From Paragordius varius (taxonomy: Eukaryota; Animalia; Nematomorpha), in NCBI GenBank assembly GCA_964247055.1, contig OZ176057.1, positions 1,550,001 through 1,614,000 on the forward strand: a DNA stretch of 64,000 bases, in the 5' to 3' direction. Below the pieces are notes generated by a model. It was not told where the DNA came from, did no database searches, and was given only the letters and a program-made list of their open reading frames with translations. Of this stretch, positions 1-13,000 are shown piece by piece; the stretch's first letter is position 1, and each line of letters begins with the position of its first letter. The position numbers and the translations under genes were made by a program.

Positions 1-374
1 ATCACCCTAAATAAATTAAGTGTTTTTTATGATTAAAATTTACCTAGATTTATTAATTTTTTTAAAAATTAAATTTTGTTTGTAATTTAATAATATTGAG
101 AAAATAATAAACTATGCCATAAACATATATTTCCTATCATTGATGGGTTTTATTAGCCCGAAAATTTATTTTTAAGGTGAATTTGAATTGTAATTTGGCG
201 GCTAGAGTATTTATCTCCTAGTTATTTTTAAATATGATATGCCTATGTTAAAATTTGGCACCGAGGGAATGCTTTGAGGCAGTTAAATTGCCCTAATGAA
301 ATGCAATACACTCTTTGGGTAATTAAAAATATTATAATTACTTTAAATATTTTTTATATTTAAAAGATTTATAC

Positions 375-413
375 ATGTCGTTGGTTCTTCTCTAGTTGTT
401 GATTGTGTGGTAC
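375..413 (-). CDS. Mucin-like gene micro-exon 14 (39 nt, TTQSTTREEPTT)
   Basis: ATTAG/GTATAA, phase 1-1. Confidence 0.8.
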
Positions 414-3400
414 CTAATTTTCATAAATAATTAGCAATTTTTTTAAAATATAACATAAGATACATTATTAACATTATATTTGATTTTTCTTTCAATTTGT
501 GCTATTATATCTAAGTAAAAATTAAAATTCTAAGGACAAAACGTAATATAAAGACAAATTTTTTCTTTAAAAGATAACCATACATTTTCCATCCTTAATT
601 TATCCTATTAAAAAAATTTGATAACACTCGAAAAATATGTAATTGATTGTGTTACCAATATACATCTCCATTTTCTATATTTTGCAGTTAAAAACAATGA
701 GTTAGTTGAATGTGAAAAAATCAGATTTAAAAAGTATGGTTGTCTTTTATAAAAAATTATTTATTTTAATATATTTACGTTTTGTCCGTATAGATTTCCA
801 ATTTTTACTGTATAGTTTGTCGAAACAAATTTTTTTTATAAATTATTTTTTTCCAACGTTTGCAAAGATTGTAATTTAAAATTGGTATTTATTTGGTAGG
901 AATCGGTTTCTTTCAACCAATGAGATTGGGCCTATTTTGATATAAAATTTCAGCAATGTTTGTAAAACCCAGCCCTTTTATTTTTAAGTATTATTTTTTA
1001 GGGCTAACGCCCACCCCCCCAAAAAAATATTTATTATAGCAATAACTGTTTTTATTTCAATTAGTGAGTTTTATAAAAATTCTATAATATGAATAATTTG
1101 CACTTAGAAATCCGATAATGAAATATATTATTTAAATTTTATCCTAACTAATACTTGTGCTAGGCGCTTCTGTAGCTGTTGAATGCGTGGAACCTACACA
1201 AGGAATATATTTATTTAATAATATATTTTTTAAAATCTGATAACAACCTTATATATAAAAATTATTCAAATTTTTAATATATAACTATATTTTCAAATTA
1301 AATATAATTTGTAAAATTTTTTTTATAATTTAAATACTTGTCACAGGTTCCGTAGTTGTCGAACTCGTAGCTAAATCATTAAAATATTGAATATAAAATA
1401 AATATTTTTTAAAAGTTATATATATATATATATAGAAAGGATAATTGTATCAAATTCAGAAAATTGGGAGGATTTTATTATATATATATATATATATATG
1501 TTTATATGTATAAAAGATAATAACTATTAAAATATGTGAAAAAAATTTGGGAATTAAATGTTGTCATATAAGGGATATAGATGCAAAAATTTCAAAAAAT
1601 ATCTGTTCTATCGATTAATATCCTAACACTTTATTACCTTTTCACTTTTTTGTCCCAGTTTACATATTGGGGTAATTTTATATCCCAGAGCTCATTTTTT
1701 CAAATAAACCATTAGTTATATTTATAAATTATTATTAAACATTGTTCTCATGTATTATTAGACTAAAATACTTATTTTTATATAGTTTTGTGACGACACC
1801 TATGTAAAATTTGGAAATCTGCGAAACACGATTGAAACAAAACAACTGGTATTAAAATCAAAATTTATCAAGTTTTGTTGGTAAAATGTAGCATGAAAGC
1901 TTTTCAATGTTAATTATTTATATTTTCTAACCCCAAATTCGGCTTGATACTTTAAATACTGTTTCTCAAATTTTAAAATCGCTGAGATGTACTACCCCTA
2001 AAAGTAATGAAGTGTTTATATATGCATTTTAATAAAATTAGGGCCCATTTTTTTAAAAAAACCATCTTAAAAAATATGTAATAAAAAATTCCTGTTCTCA
2101 AACCTTTTGGCACATTTTTTCTATATAATTCTTTTTCGAATAACTAAAAATGTTTGCATCTTAAAACTATTAGAGTATTTTTTATTTATTATAAATATTA
2201 TTACTTACAAAGTAAGTTTTTTACTTTATTAAATATTTGACCCTTGGTTAAAAGAAGCACCCCAAATCTATAATGCTCCAAAAATAAAAAAGTGTTGAAA
2301 TGTTTTATAAATATTTTTTTTTAATTTTAAAAATTATAAATAAACTTGTTGTAGACTCCTCTGTGGTTGCCGGTTGCATGGTAGCTTAATAAAAAAATGG
2401 GAATTTAATTATAATTTAAATATTTTTACAGTAAAAACTGAAATTATACGGACAAAACGTATAAATACAGTAAAATCTGAAATTATACGCACAAAATGTT
2501 AAAATATAAAGACAAATATTTTTTCTTAAAGACAACCATACTTTTTTAAACCTTTTTTCTCATATGTATAATTACAATTATAAAATACATAATATATTGT
2601 GTCACCAATGATAATTCTTAAATATGCAATTTAAAACAATGTTATATTTAAAAAAAATGAAGTTATAAAAGTATGGTTGTCTTTTGAAAAAAAAATTTGT
2701 CTTATTTTAACGTTTTGCTCGTATAATTCAATTAACTGTATAAAAACAATTTATTTAAAAGGCAATCATTTTTTAGACCTTAATCTATCCTATAAAAGTT
2801 TAATTACAGTTTTAAAATAAATAATTGATTTTATTACCAATATACATCTCTATTTCATAATGTGCAGTTTAAAACAATAATTTATAACTAAATAATAAAA
2901 TATGGATGTCTTTTTTAAAAAAATATTTTATTTATATTCTTATGTTTCCGCATAATCACTATTAAATCAATATTTAAATTATACACAAGTATTTTCTCGT
3001 TTTTTAATAATTAATAATGATATATAAAATGCAGAATAGTTGTTGTGTGATGTAGCTGTTTTTTATCTAGATAAAAAAATATAAAGAATAACATTTTTTA
3101 CCTAAAAAACAACCATTTTAACCATTTTTTATTATAATTTTAAACTGCAAAATATAAAATAGACTGTTAATTGGTAACACGATTAATAATGATTTTCGAT
3201 TGTATTTAAATGATTGTTATATGATAAATGAAAGTTTAAAAAAGTATGGTTGTCTTTTAAGAAAAAAATTAGTCTTTATATATTTACGTTTTATCCATAT
3301 TATAATTTAAATATTTATTGTATAAGCATTTTTATAATAATAAAATCGAGGTGGGAACAGTTTGTGGACAAAAACGGTATGTAGTTCTTAAACTGTTTAA

Positions 3401-6400
3401 TGTGTTATAATTTTTATTTTTTTTAATTTCCATCTTTTTGATAAAATATTTTAATATTTACTTCCATTTTAAAATACTTTATTTTGAAATTTTAGAAATT
3501 TTAAAAATATTAAACAATATAAATTTCTATGATCATTTTAAATGTTTTTATAAAAAAATTGACACTCTTTATACTATTGTGAAATAGATCCGGCCCATCG
3601 ACAAATATATATATATATTACAGAATCAAATTTTGACAAAAACACTATACCATTTACACTTCGATTCACCCTTGAACAATTCAAATTCATACTCGAATAT
3701 TTCAACATCCTTGAACAATTCAAATTCACCCTAAATATAAATTATGTGTGTTTGGGCAAATATAACTCATCATTAATATTATTATTTCTTATTGTTATAG
3801 ACTATTATTTTTTAGTATTAAATTAATATTAGATAAATTTCATAATTTTTAAATATATTAGTTTATTTAAGATGAATTTGAATTTTTACTGGGTAAATTT
3901 GAATTGTTCGAGGGTGAATTTGAATTGTTTAGGATGAATTTGAGCTGTAAATAGTGTACTTAGATCCAAAACCGAAATATTTTTTTGCAAAATGTATTTT
4001 AATTATATATCAAATCGGAAGCAGAGTCAAATTTAAAAAATATCAAAACACCAAAAAGCTATTCTTATTCTATATAAATACATGAATTTTTTTTTTATTT
4101 TCCCTAATACCCCCATACTACAATTCTGAATATCATAAGATTGACTTTATTTCCTCTATGCATCTTATTTATCTTTTAAATTTTAATAATTTTCGATTCT
4201 GGAAGTTCTAAATAAAACACAAAATCTTATTTAAAATTATTTAATTAGTATAGAAAATAAGCAACCAATATGGGTTAACATTATGTAATGATTTTTATTG
4301 TCCCAAATACAAATTTTTACCTATGTTAAATTTTTTCGAAATCTTCTCAGATTTGTTTATACCTTATATAAGATAGCTGTTGGTTGAAATAATTATGTTC
4401 TATCTTTTAAAACAACTTTTGTAAAATTGTATTATTACATTTTTTTAATAAAGCGAGTGTTTTATATAAACATTTAACAAATAACTGACAATTGACAATC
4501 ATTTTATCACAATAGCGTATGGTAGTATGAAATAAATCAAATTTTGTCCAAATTATATTAAAAGATTATGGTATTATGGTGAAAAAATGTTAAATTTCAC
4601 CCATTGGTTCTCATTTACCACACGCTACTGTATGCAGTAAATTTATATAATCAATTTTTTAATTTAATATTTCAAACTTGTAGTTGATTCTACGGTAGTT
4701 GTCGAGTGCGTAGTGGCTAATAAATATAATATAAATAAAATAAAATAATTTTATACATTTATATATCATTTGCACTTTAAGAGTGTCCTTGAACACTTCA
4801 AATTAGTCCTACAACTCTTTTTTGTTTTTAACTTTTATCAATCAGATCTTTTATAATTCATATATTTTTTAAACATATTATATTTATCCTAATCTTTTAA
4901 ATCCATATCAGTTTTTAATCATTCAAAAGCCGTTTATCCTCATAAGGAATTAAATTGTTCAATGGGGGTGAATTTGAAGTATAAATGGTAGAAAATAATA
5001 GAGATATTAGCATAGTATAACTATAACAATTTTAATATTTTAAAATTTATTTTAATTTTATAGAATTAAATTAATTCTATTAATTATTATATAATTAGTC
5101 AGATCCAAATTTATATTTTACACTTTTATCATCAAAAAATTTCAGTAAAATAAATTAATGTTTCAAAATAAATAAAATTTCCATAACTTTTGAATAAATT
5201 TTTATGTCTTGAAATCTAAACTCAGTTAAAAGGATAAAAGCGAACTCAAGAACTTTGTAATATTATAAAAAATATTAACTAAAAAATTTCAAACTTGGTG
5301 TCGTTTGATCGGCAGTCGTATTTGTTGATGCTAATAAAAAAATTAAAAAATATTAAAAATAAGATAAAATTATATATATATATATATATATATAATATTT
5401 ATATTAGATTGATTTTTGAAATAGAATGCGTTTTTAACATCTAATTTTGACAGCGCAAAGAAAAAATCTATATAGTTATGTTAGCCAAACATATCCGGAT
5501 TTTCGAGGGGCTTACGACTGATTTAAGAAAGTTATTACAACTTTTGTGCAATATGCTACTGCTCCATATCAGAAACTCGTATGATTTCCGCACCCTATGC
5601 TAATAAAAATTTTTGGTCAAAAGTTAATTGTTTTATTCCAAAAAATATTGTATTATTATATTTAAATAGTAAAACAATATTATAAAATATTTCATAAATA
5701 CATGGATTAATTTATAGTGGGCCCTAAATATCTCAACTTTCGAAACTCTTTTAACGTTCATAACTCTCAGAAAAATAACAAATATGTAGGCAAACCAATT
5801 TTAAAATTATAATTCCGATGCGATAAAAATCTTTATCATTATCGAATTATATGGAACAAATGTAATTATTTTGTTTTTATGTGCTTCAAAATAAAAAACG
5901 TCAAAATTTCCATAGTAACTTGTTTTTAATTTTTTGATGTTATTACTTAATTAAAATTGTCGGGGATAGGAATTTTTGCGTTTATATTATGAGGACAAAA
6001 TAATAAAAGAACCCACCAACATAAAAATCGTGTGAGCTATAATTAAATTTTATATTTCAAAAACTTTTATTTAATATTACAGTTTATAATATATTTTAAT
6101 TTTTTTTGGAATGAAGCAGTTGGTTTTCCTCAAAAAATTTAGCATATTGTGCACAATTTTACCAATTTATGGAGCTCATACCAAAAAAGTGATAAATACT
6201 TTCTAAGGACACCTGTATTTCTTGAAACTTTAATACTAGCGAATCCGAATACATTTTTGGAATTTATTTCACCTCAAAAAAAGTTTATTTTCTTTATTAT
6301 TTGGTAATTTAAGCTCTGATTTAAATCACATAGGAATTTATAAAAGCTCTGTTAAATTAGCCACCTCTTAGGGGCTGACATGCTGTAGAATTTGAAATCA

Positions 6401-9400
6401 ATTTAATAATTGAATAAAATTAAATGTGGGCATAAAAATAATTTAATGTATTTTTTAATATTATGCTTTGTTTTTATAAATAAATGAGAAATACCGCAAA
6501 AATATCATTTTATTATAAATATCACACTTAATTTTCAAATCATTTTTTATAAAAATATTTTTATATACTTGAAAGTGTCTCGGTAGTTGTTGGAATGGAA
6601 GCTAAAACAATTTTACATAATTTAAATTTTGTTTAAAAAATGTTTAATATATATATATATATATGGTATTTTTTAAATTAACCTATTAAAGTAACTTTTT
6701 ATTTTGCCAGGCTTTAAAATTGTAATATATTAATATTTAAAACTACATTTATATATTTTGTTTTAACATATAAATATTATAGAGACAAAATAAAAAGTAA
6801 AAGATTGATTTATAATAGTTTTTATAAATTAAGCCTAAATAATTGCATTTTTTTGGCAACCTAAAAAATAGGTGTATTTATTAAAAAATTGCCCTAAAAT
6901 TTAGTGTATCGCTTTTTCAATTTATATTTGGCGCTACGAACAAATCCATTCTTTTGATGTTCGGTCCTCCAAAATATATTTGCAGCCAGCAAAATTAAAA
7001 TACAAAATCTAAGTATAAATAATTTTTCATAAACAAATTTTCTGATCTAGTCACTCCGTATTTCGGCAATGAACAAGGAAAAATTGTTAAAATTAATAGT
7101 AATTTTTTACAGTCTTGTGTTGAAGTCTAATAAAAAATTTATTAATTCTGATATATGACCGTCATGCTTTTTGATCCAATAATGTGGCCCTTGAAGCTAT
7201 TTATGTTGGACATCCCTGAATTAAATTTTAAATCCCCACCTTATAACTCAGAAAAGTATCTTAAAAATTAACCAAAATTTTGAATCCGTAAATATAAATT
7301 CCAAATTTTTATTTCAAAATATATCCTAGTATGAATTTGCTTAAAATTTATATGCTTAAATATGTACAAGGAATAATACTTAGCTTTGCACATAAACCTA
7401 TAAACTTATTTATATTCTCTAGGATTATATCTCTCATTAAAGTAAAATTATTTTATTAAAAGAACCAAAAATTAATTAGGACAATTTCATAGAGTATGTA
7501 TGGAAAGTATTTTAAAGTACTGAAATATATTTACGTATAGTCGTAGTTTCCGCTGTAGAATTATGCGTGATGTCTAAATTAAAAATTGTTATAAAATAAA
7601 GCCTCCCTTTTATGTCGTCCTTAAATGTTCTTTAAATAAGTGACAACTAATTATTATCTATGGAGAACATGCAATTTCTCGATTTTTCTCTATTACAGTA
7701 ATTCCTTAATTTTTATCATTTTTTATTCAACAAACCTTTTCAAAACTCACTAGTTTTTGTTGGGTATTATGGAACCCGTTAATAAGCCAGAAATAATGAA
7801 AAAAATTGAATTTAATCAACTTGTCCATCTTTCTCCCATACGAAGAATATATTTTACACTTCAATTTCAAAAATAAAATATACCACAATGAGCGCAAATT
7901 AAGTTTAGAGTTTTCCTGAATTAATCTTGAAACTGGTTACTGCTAGGATGTCAGGAATATTTGCGATTTTATTGAATATGTTTACAAGTGATGGGATGTT
8001 TTATATGGTTTGTGAGTGACATTAAAAAGAATACATATTAGCAGGCTCAAAACGGCAACAATCAAGAAATTAAATTTTATATGTGTAGAGGTTTTAATAT
8101 TCACTTATTTAAAAAACTTTTATTTTTACTAATGACGATACTAAACTGTTTTTTTTTAAATTTTTGAATACGTGTATAAAGAAATTTAGGTTATTAAAAT
8201 AGAATATATATACTATCTAAATTATGGATCAACAAGTTTAATTTAACAAAAATTGTGCTAAATCAGTCACAACAAGTAAGATGCAATGAAAACTGAAATT
8301 ATACGGACAAAACGTAAAAATATAAAGACATATATTTTTTTCAAAAGTCAACCATACTTTTTTAAACCGTAATATTTCTCTATATAAATATAAAAATATA
8401 AAATATTACCAATATGCATATTAGCATACTTGGCAATTTAAAACAATTAGTTATATTTTTCTATTTTATCTTTTGAAAAAAATATTTGTCTTTAGAATTT
8501 TACCTTTTGTCCGTATAATCCATTTTTTACTGTATTTAAATTAATTAGTTATACGATTCCAGGTTTGAAAATATCTGAATTCGCTTTGCTTAGCCATTTT
8601 ACTAACATAACTTCTAATTTAAGGACTTTTGGTTCTATTGTACCCAAACACTGTAATTCATTTTTTAATTTTTTATACACACTATTCAATCAAATATAAT
8701 TTTTGTTTACATTAAATTGTACAATAAAAATAGAACTTATATGAACAAAACGTAAAAATAAAAGAACAAATATTTTTTTTAATAAATCTTAATTCATAGA
8801 ATTATAAGGTATTGTTCTTTTAAAAGCATGGAAGAGAAATTTATCTTGGTAACACAATCAATTTTGTATGTAACAAATCAGTGTAATATTGTAATAAAAA
8901 TGGAAAGTGGTGGCTTTGTGATCTGTTTCCGGAAAACCGGTAGACCCATTCAAATCCAAATATCGAAAAAATATAATCATTAAAAATGCCCCGACAATAG
9001 CTTAGCCCTTTTTTGAAAAACCGTGTGAAAAACGGGTTTTTTGAAAACAGAAGTCCACAAAAATCGTGTCTTTGAGACAATTTTGCGGGGAACGTGTTGG
9101 ACCATTCAATTTCAAATACAATTTTTGTTTAGTTATTTTTGATTGCGCCGAACATAGTCGGCTCGCTTTTTTAATTTAGGCCCTCTTTTTACCCGCTCCC
9201 CCCGTAAAATGCCATTTTTTTTAAAAAAAAGTCCACAAAAATAATTTTTTAAATCTATTTTTCGCCCAAGGTATGAGACCGTAAAAATTTTATAAGGATT
9301 CTACGTATTCCCTGTTAAAAGGCAAAAATTTTGGTCAAGCGTTTCTTTGATGATAGCTGCTGAATAAGGAGCTACTCGCCACTCGTCATATCTAAGTGCT

Positions 9401-9985
9401 TTTGGGGCTAAATTTGCGAAAACCTATCAGGTCATATGAGTTCAATAGCTGCTTAAAGTATTAACCGTAAAAAGTCAAAAATTTTAGCCGAGCGGATTTG
9501 AATTAGCCGTTAAATAGGCCCTTTACTCCCTAAAACTGCGCTATCCTTGAACTATTTATTATTTAGTTATGAAGCCATTCCTCCATAAACTATTAGGAAT
9601 GAACGATGATTGTATAGAGAGAAAATTTTTGTCTACTACATTTTTATATTGGCGTCTGGGTAGGGGGCTACCCGCTTACAACTCCGCCATCATATCGAAA
9701 CAGCATGCCTTTGGAGCAAAATTCCCCCAGAAGTCCGAAGGACTTCCTCGGGCTGCGTAGCAGCACGAGATTTACGATAGTAACTAATAAATTTATTCTC
9801 CCTTTTACTATAATTGTTTAATTTATTATCCCTAAATTTGGTAAAATATAATTCAAAAGAAAAAAATAAAAAAATATTTTTGAAATACCCAACGAATTTA
9901 TCATTATGGATGATGGTATAGACATCTCTACAGCTATTTAAAATTATTTTTTAATTGTACATTTCCATTTAAATATTATTTTTTA

Positions 9986-10043
<58 letters not shown>

Positions 10044-13000
10044 CTCGTAGTTGTAGTGTTTAACGGGGTAGCTAAATATTGATAAATGTAAAATAATTTT
10101 TAACATATATATCATTTTTCAGTTATCAACTTCAAGCAAATCAACATTATTTCATTCAAACGAATATTTTTTCAACCAAACATATATTTTTTTCACCAAA
10201 GCAACATTTTTTAAGCAAAACAATTTAAGCAAATGCAATATTTTTCAAGCAGAGACAACTGAAAAAATGTTGTCTTTGCTTGATATTGTTTTTGCTTAAA
10301 AAATGTTGAGTTTGACTGAAATATAAAATTGAATATAAACAGACACAATGTAAGAATAAAGAAAACTACTTTTTTAAAAAAGACCCTCATACTTTATAAA
10401 CTTTGATTTTTGCTACACATAAACTATATAATATAATGGTAAAATTTATAATCAAGACTATTATTAATTTACATCTATATACCTTATTTTTCTACGGGTT
10501 ATTTAAATTAAAAAGATATTTGTACTTTATTTGAACATTATATCTGTAAAATTTCAACTTTTGCTATATTTTTTTTTATATCTTCTGTCAATTTCTACAT
10601 AAATTTACCAGTAGTTACGACAATCACCAATGTGTCTAAAATTAAATAAAAATGTAAAATTGTTTTTAATATTTAAATATTATAAAATATTCATGTTTTT
10701 GACGACATACCTGGAATTGTTTGATTGTGTAAATCGTGCGGCGCTAAAAATATATATTAAAAACTATCATAAAATATAATATATTGATAAATCCTGTATA
10801 TATGTTTAACAAAGAATTTAGCGCGACCTAAATAATAATCCTAAAAAATTTGAAAGAGTTAACTTTTTAAGTTGTTATGCTGCCAAAAAGAATCATTTAA
10901 AAATTTTATTATTGATTTTTTAAAAAGAATAAGTTTTAGTAAACTAAAATGACATTTCAAATCAATTTTATTTTAAGAAAGTGATATTTTATAAACCTGG
11001 TAATTTTTTTTTAAATTAAATTACAGTTTCAATGAAAATTATAGGTAGAGTAAGTCCCTCAATAATATTCTAGTTGATAATAAATATTAAATGTAATATC
11101 AAGGATTTAAATCAAACAATTATTATCAACAGTTTTAAAACTGCTCCTACCTAATTCGATCTTTTTCCATTTTATACAAACAAACAACGGATTAAAAAAT
11201 CATTAATTACCAAATCGTTACAACGTATACTGTGGAATTTGTAATTGAGTAAAGCGATTTGGCCACAAATAGAAAAATTTAAAAAATATTTTCGTAGAAA
11301 TAATGGGTGTAAAAAGTTATATAATAATTTGGTCCAACATTTTTGACATAAGAACGACATATATCGTGAATATTCTTTGGAAAAGGATATTATGTTAGAA
11401 AAATTAAATGACAAGAGAGGAAGATCCGAAGACGCATTCGTTAGATAGATGAAATTTTATCAATTTTCAAAAATAAATTGGCAAAAACTATCTGCAAAAG
11501 CCCATGACAGAATCGACAGGAGGAATTTTTCCTATAACGCGCAAACGGTTGATAATGGACTACAAGCTCGTAATCAACAAGGTCTAATACAATGCCGCGG
11601 TACTACAACGAATTATTTAGCATTGGCTTAATGATATCCTTGTCTTTTGTAATCAAAAATAAATTTGATATATTTTCTCACAAGAAAAGCATCCCCAGAT
11701 AAAAAGAACAAGTATACGGACGCAACACTTGCCTTTTTTAACTAATCAATTTTTTCACCTCTATCATACGAAACGTATCATTAATTTCCTAAATCTAAAA
11801 TTTCCAATTATTTGTAACTATTTTCAACTTTGTGGGTGGACAGCATAAAAGTAAATATAAAAATCACATCCTTACCCTTGTATTTCCTTTATCAATGTGC
11901 ACACCTATGTTAAATTTTTGGTGATATCCCATCCAGAGAAATCCATAAAGGGCATTATTAGAAGTTAAAATTACCTCTACATTTGAAAAGACCGTATTAT
12001 TCGTAGGAGGTCAGACAAAATTTTTTTAGCAACTAAAAACCTAAATTCAATTATTTGTAACAGAGTAAAATACTTTAAAAGACATGCTAATATGATAAGT
12101 TACACTTTTTAAGTTACCATCATTTAACTGATATAAAAATGAAAAAACTTATTTGATACTGTTAAATTATGGCTTAAAAAAGGTGTCTGTTTAGGTATAA
12201 TAAAATCGTAAAGTATTCTAGGAGAACCGAATAACAAAAATATTTAATATAGCGGGCACAAAATGAAATCAACTGGATATATATATAGATAAAATTATTT
12301 ACTCGTTATTTCATAGGTATGGGATAATATCAAATCACCTATATTATTGAAATAAATATATTTTTCAATTTAAATCATTTAATATAAATTAATATACAGT
12401 AAAAATAAAAATATAAAACAAACACAAAAAGTAAAAGATTGATCAGGAACCATATCTTTTTTAACATTCATAATTACATTTGAAAAATACGTAAAACTTG
12501 AAAAATATACAAACTAAACATAATATAAAAACAAATTTTTTTTATAAAAAATAACCATGCTCTTTCAAACCTTAATTCTTCCCTAATAAATTTGATTACA
12601 ATTATAAAGTGTATAATTGATTGCGTTACCAATATAATTCTTTATTTCAATATTTGCAATTTTAAGCAATGGTTTACAATTTCAAAAAATTAAGATGAAA
12701 AAAGTGTGGTTGTCCTTTGAAAAAAATATTGTCTTAACATATTTACGTTTTCGTATAATTTGACTGTTGTGTAACTAATTCATATATCTGTTTTGATTTT
12801 GCTACCCAATTCATAATTTCAAGGTTAAAAAATATGATTTTATAAACTATTTCAATATAATATATAAATAAAAAATTTCAAATAAATATTAATAATTATT
12901 TTTCTACTTGAAGTATCATTGAAAAAGTAATTGTCATCGTCTATCTCAACATAAGGCACCGCTAAATTAGTATATATTAAAAAAATTGATTAGAAATTAA

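Noticed and set aside
7111-7126. Extra AG/GT-flanked micro-exon candidate on the minus strand
   Set aside because: 16 nt would shift the frame, not Thr-rich, and it abuts a dispersed repeat also present at ~52930-52990.
7650-8030. Possible LINE endonuclease remnant on the minus strand (..NIPDILAVTS..)
   Set aside because: Only one weak motif with many stops; insufficient to call.
8841-9760. Short ORFs at 8841-9080 and 9569-9760 (also 46188-46446, 47334-47585)
   Set aside because: Lie within non-autonomous Helitron sequence and are not conserved between the two copies.
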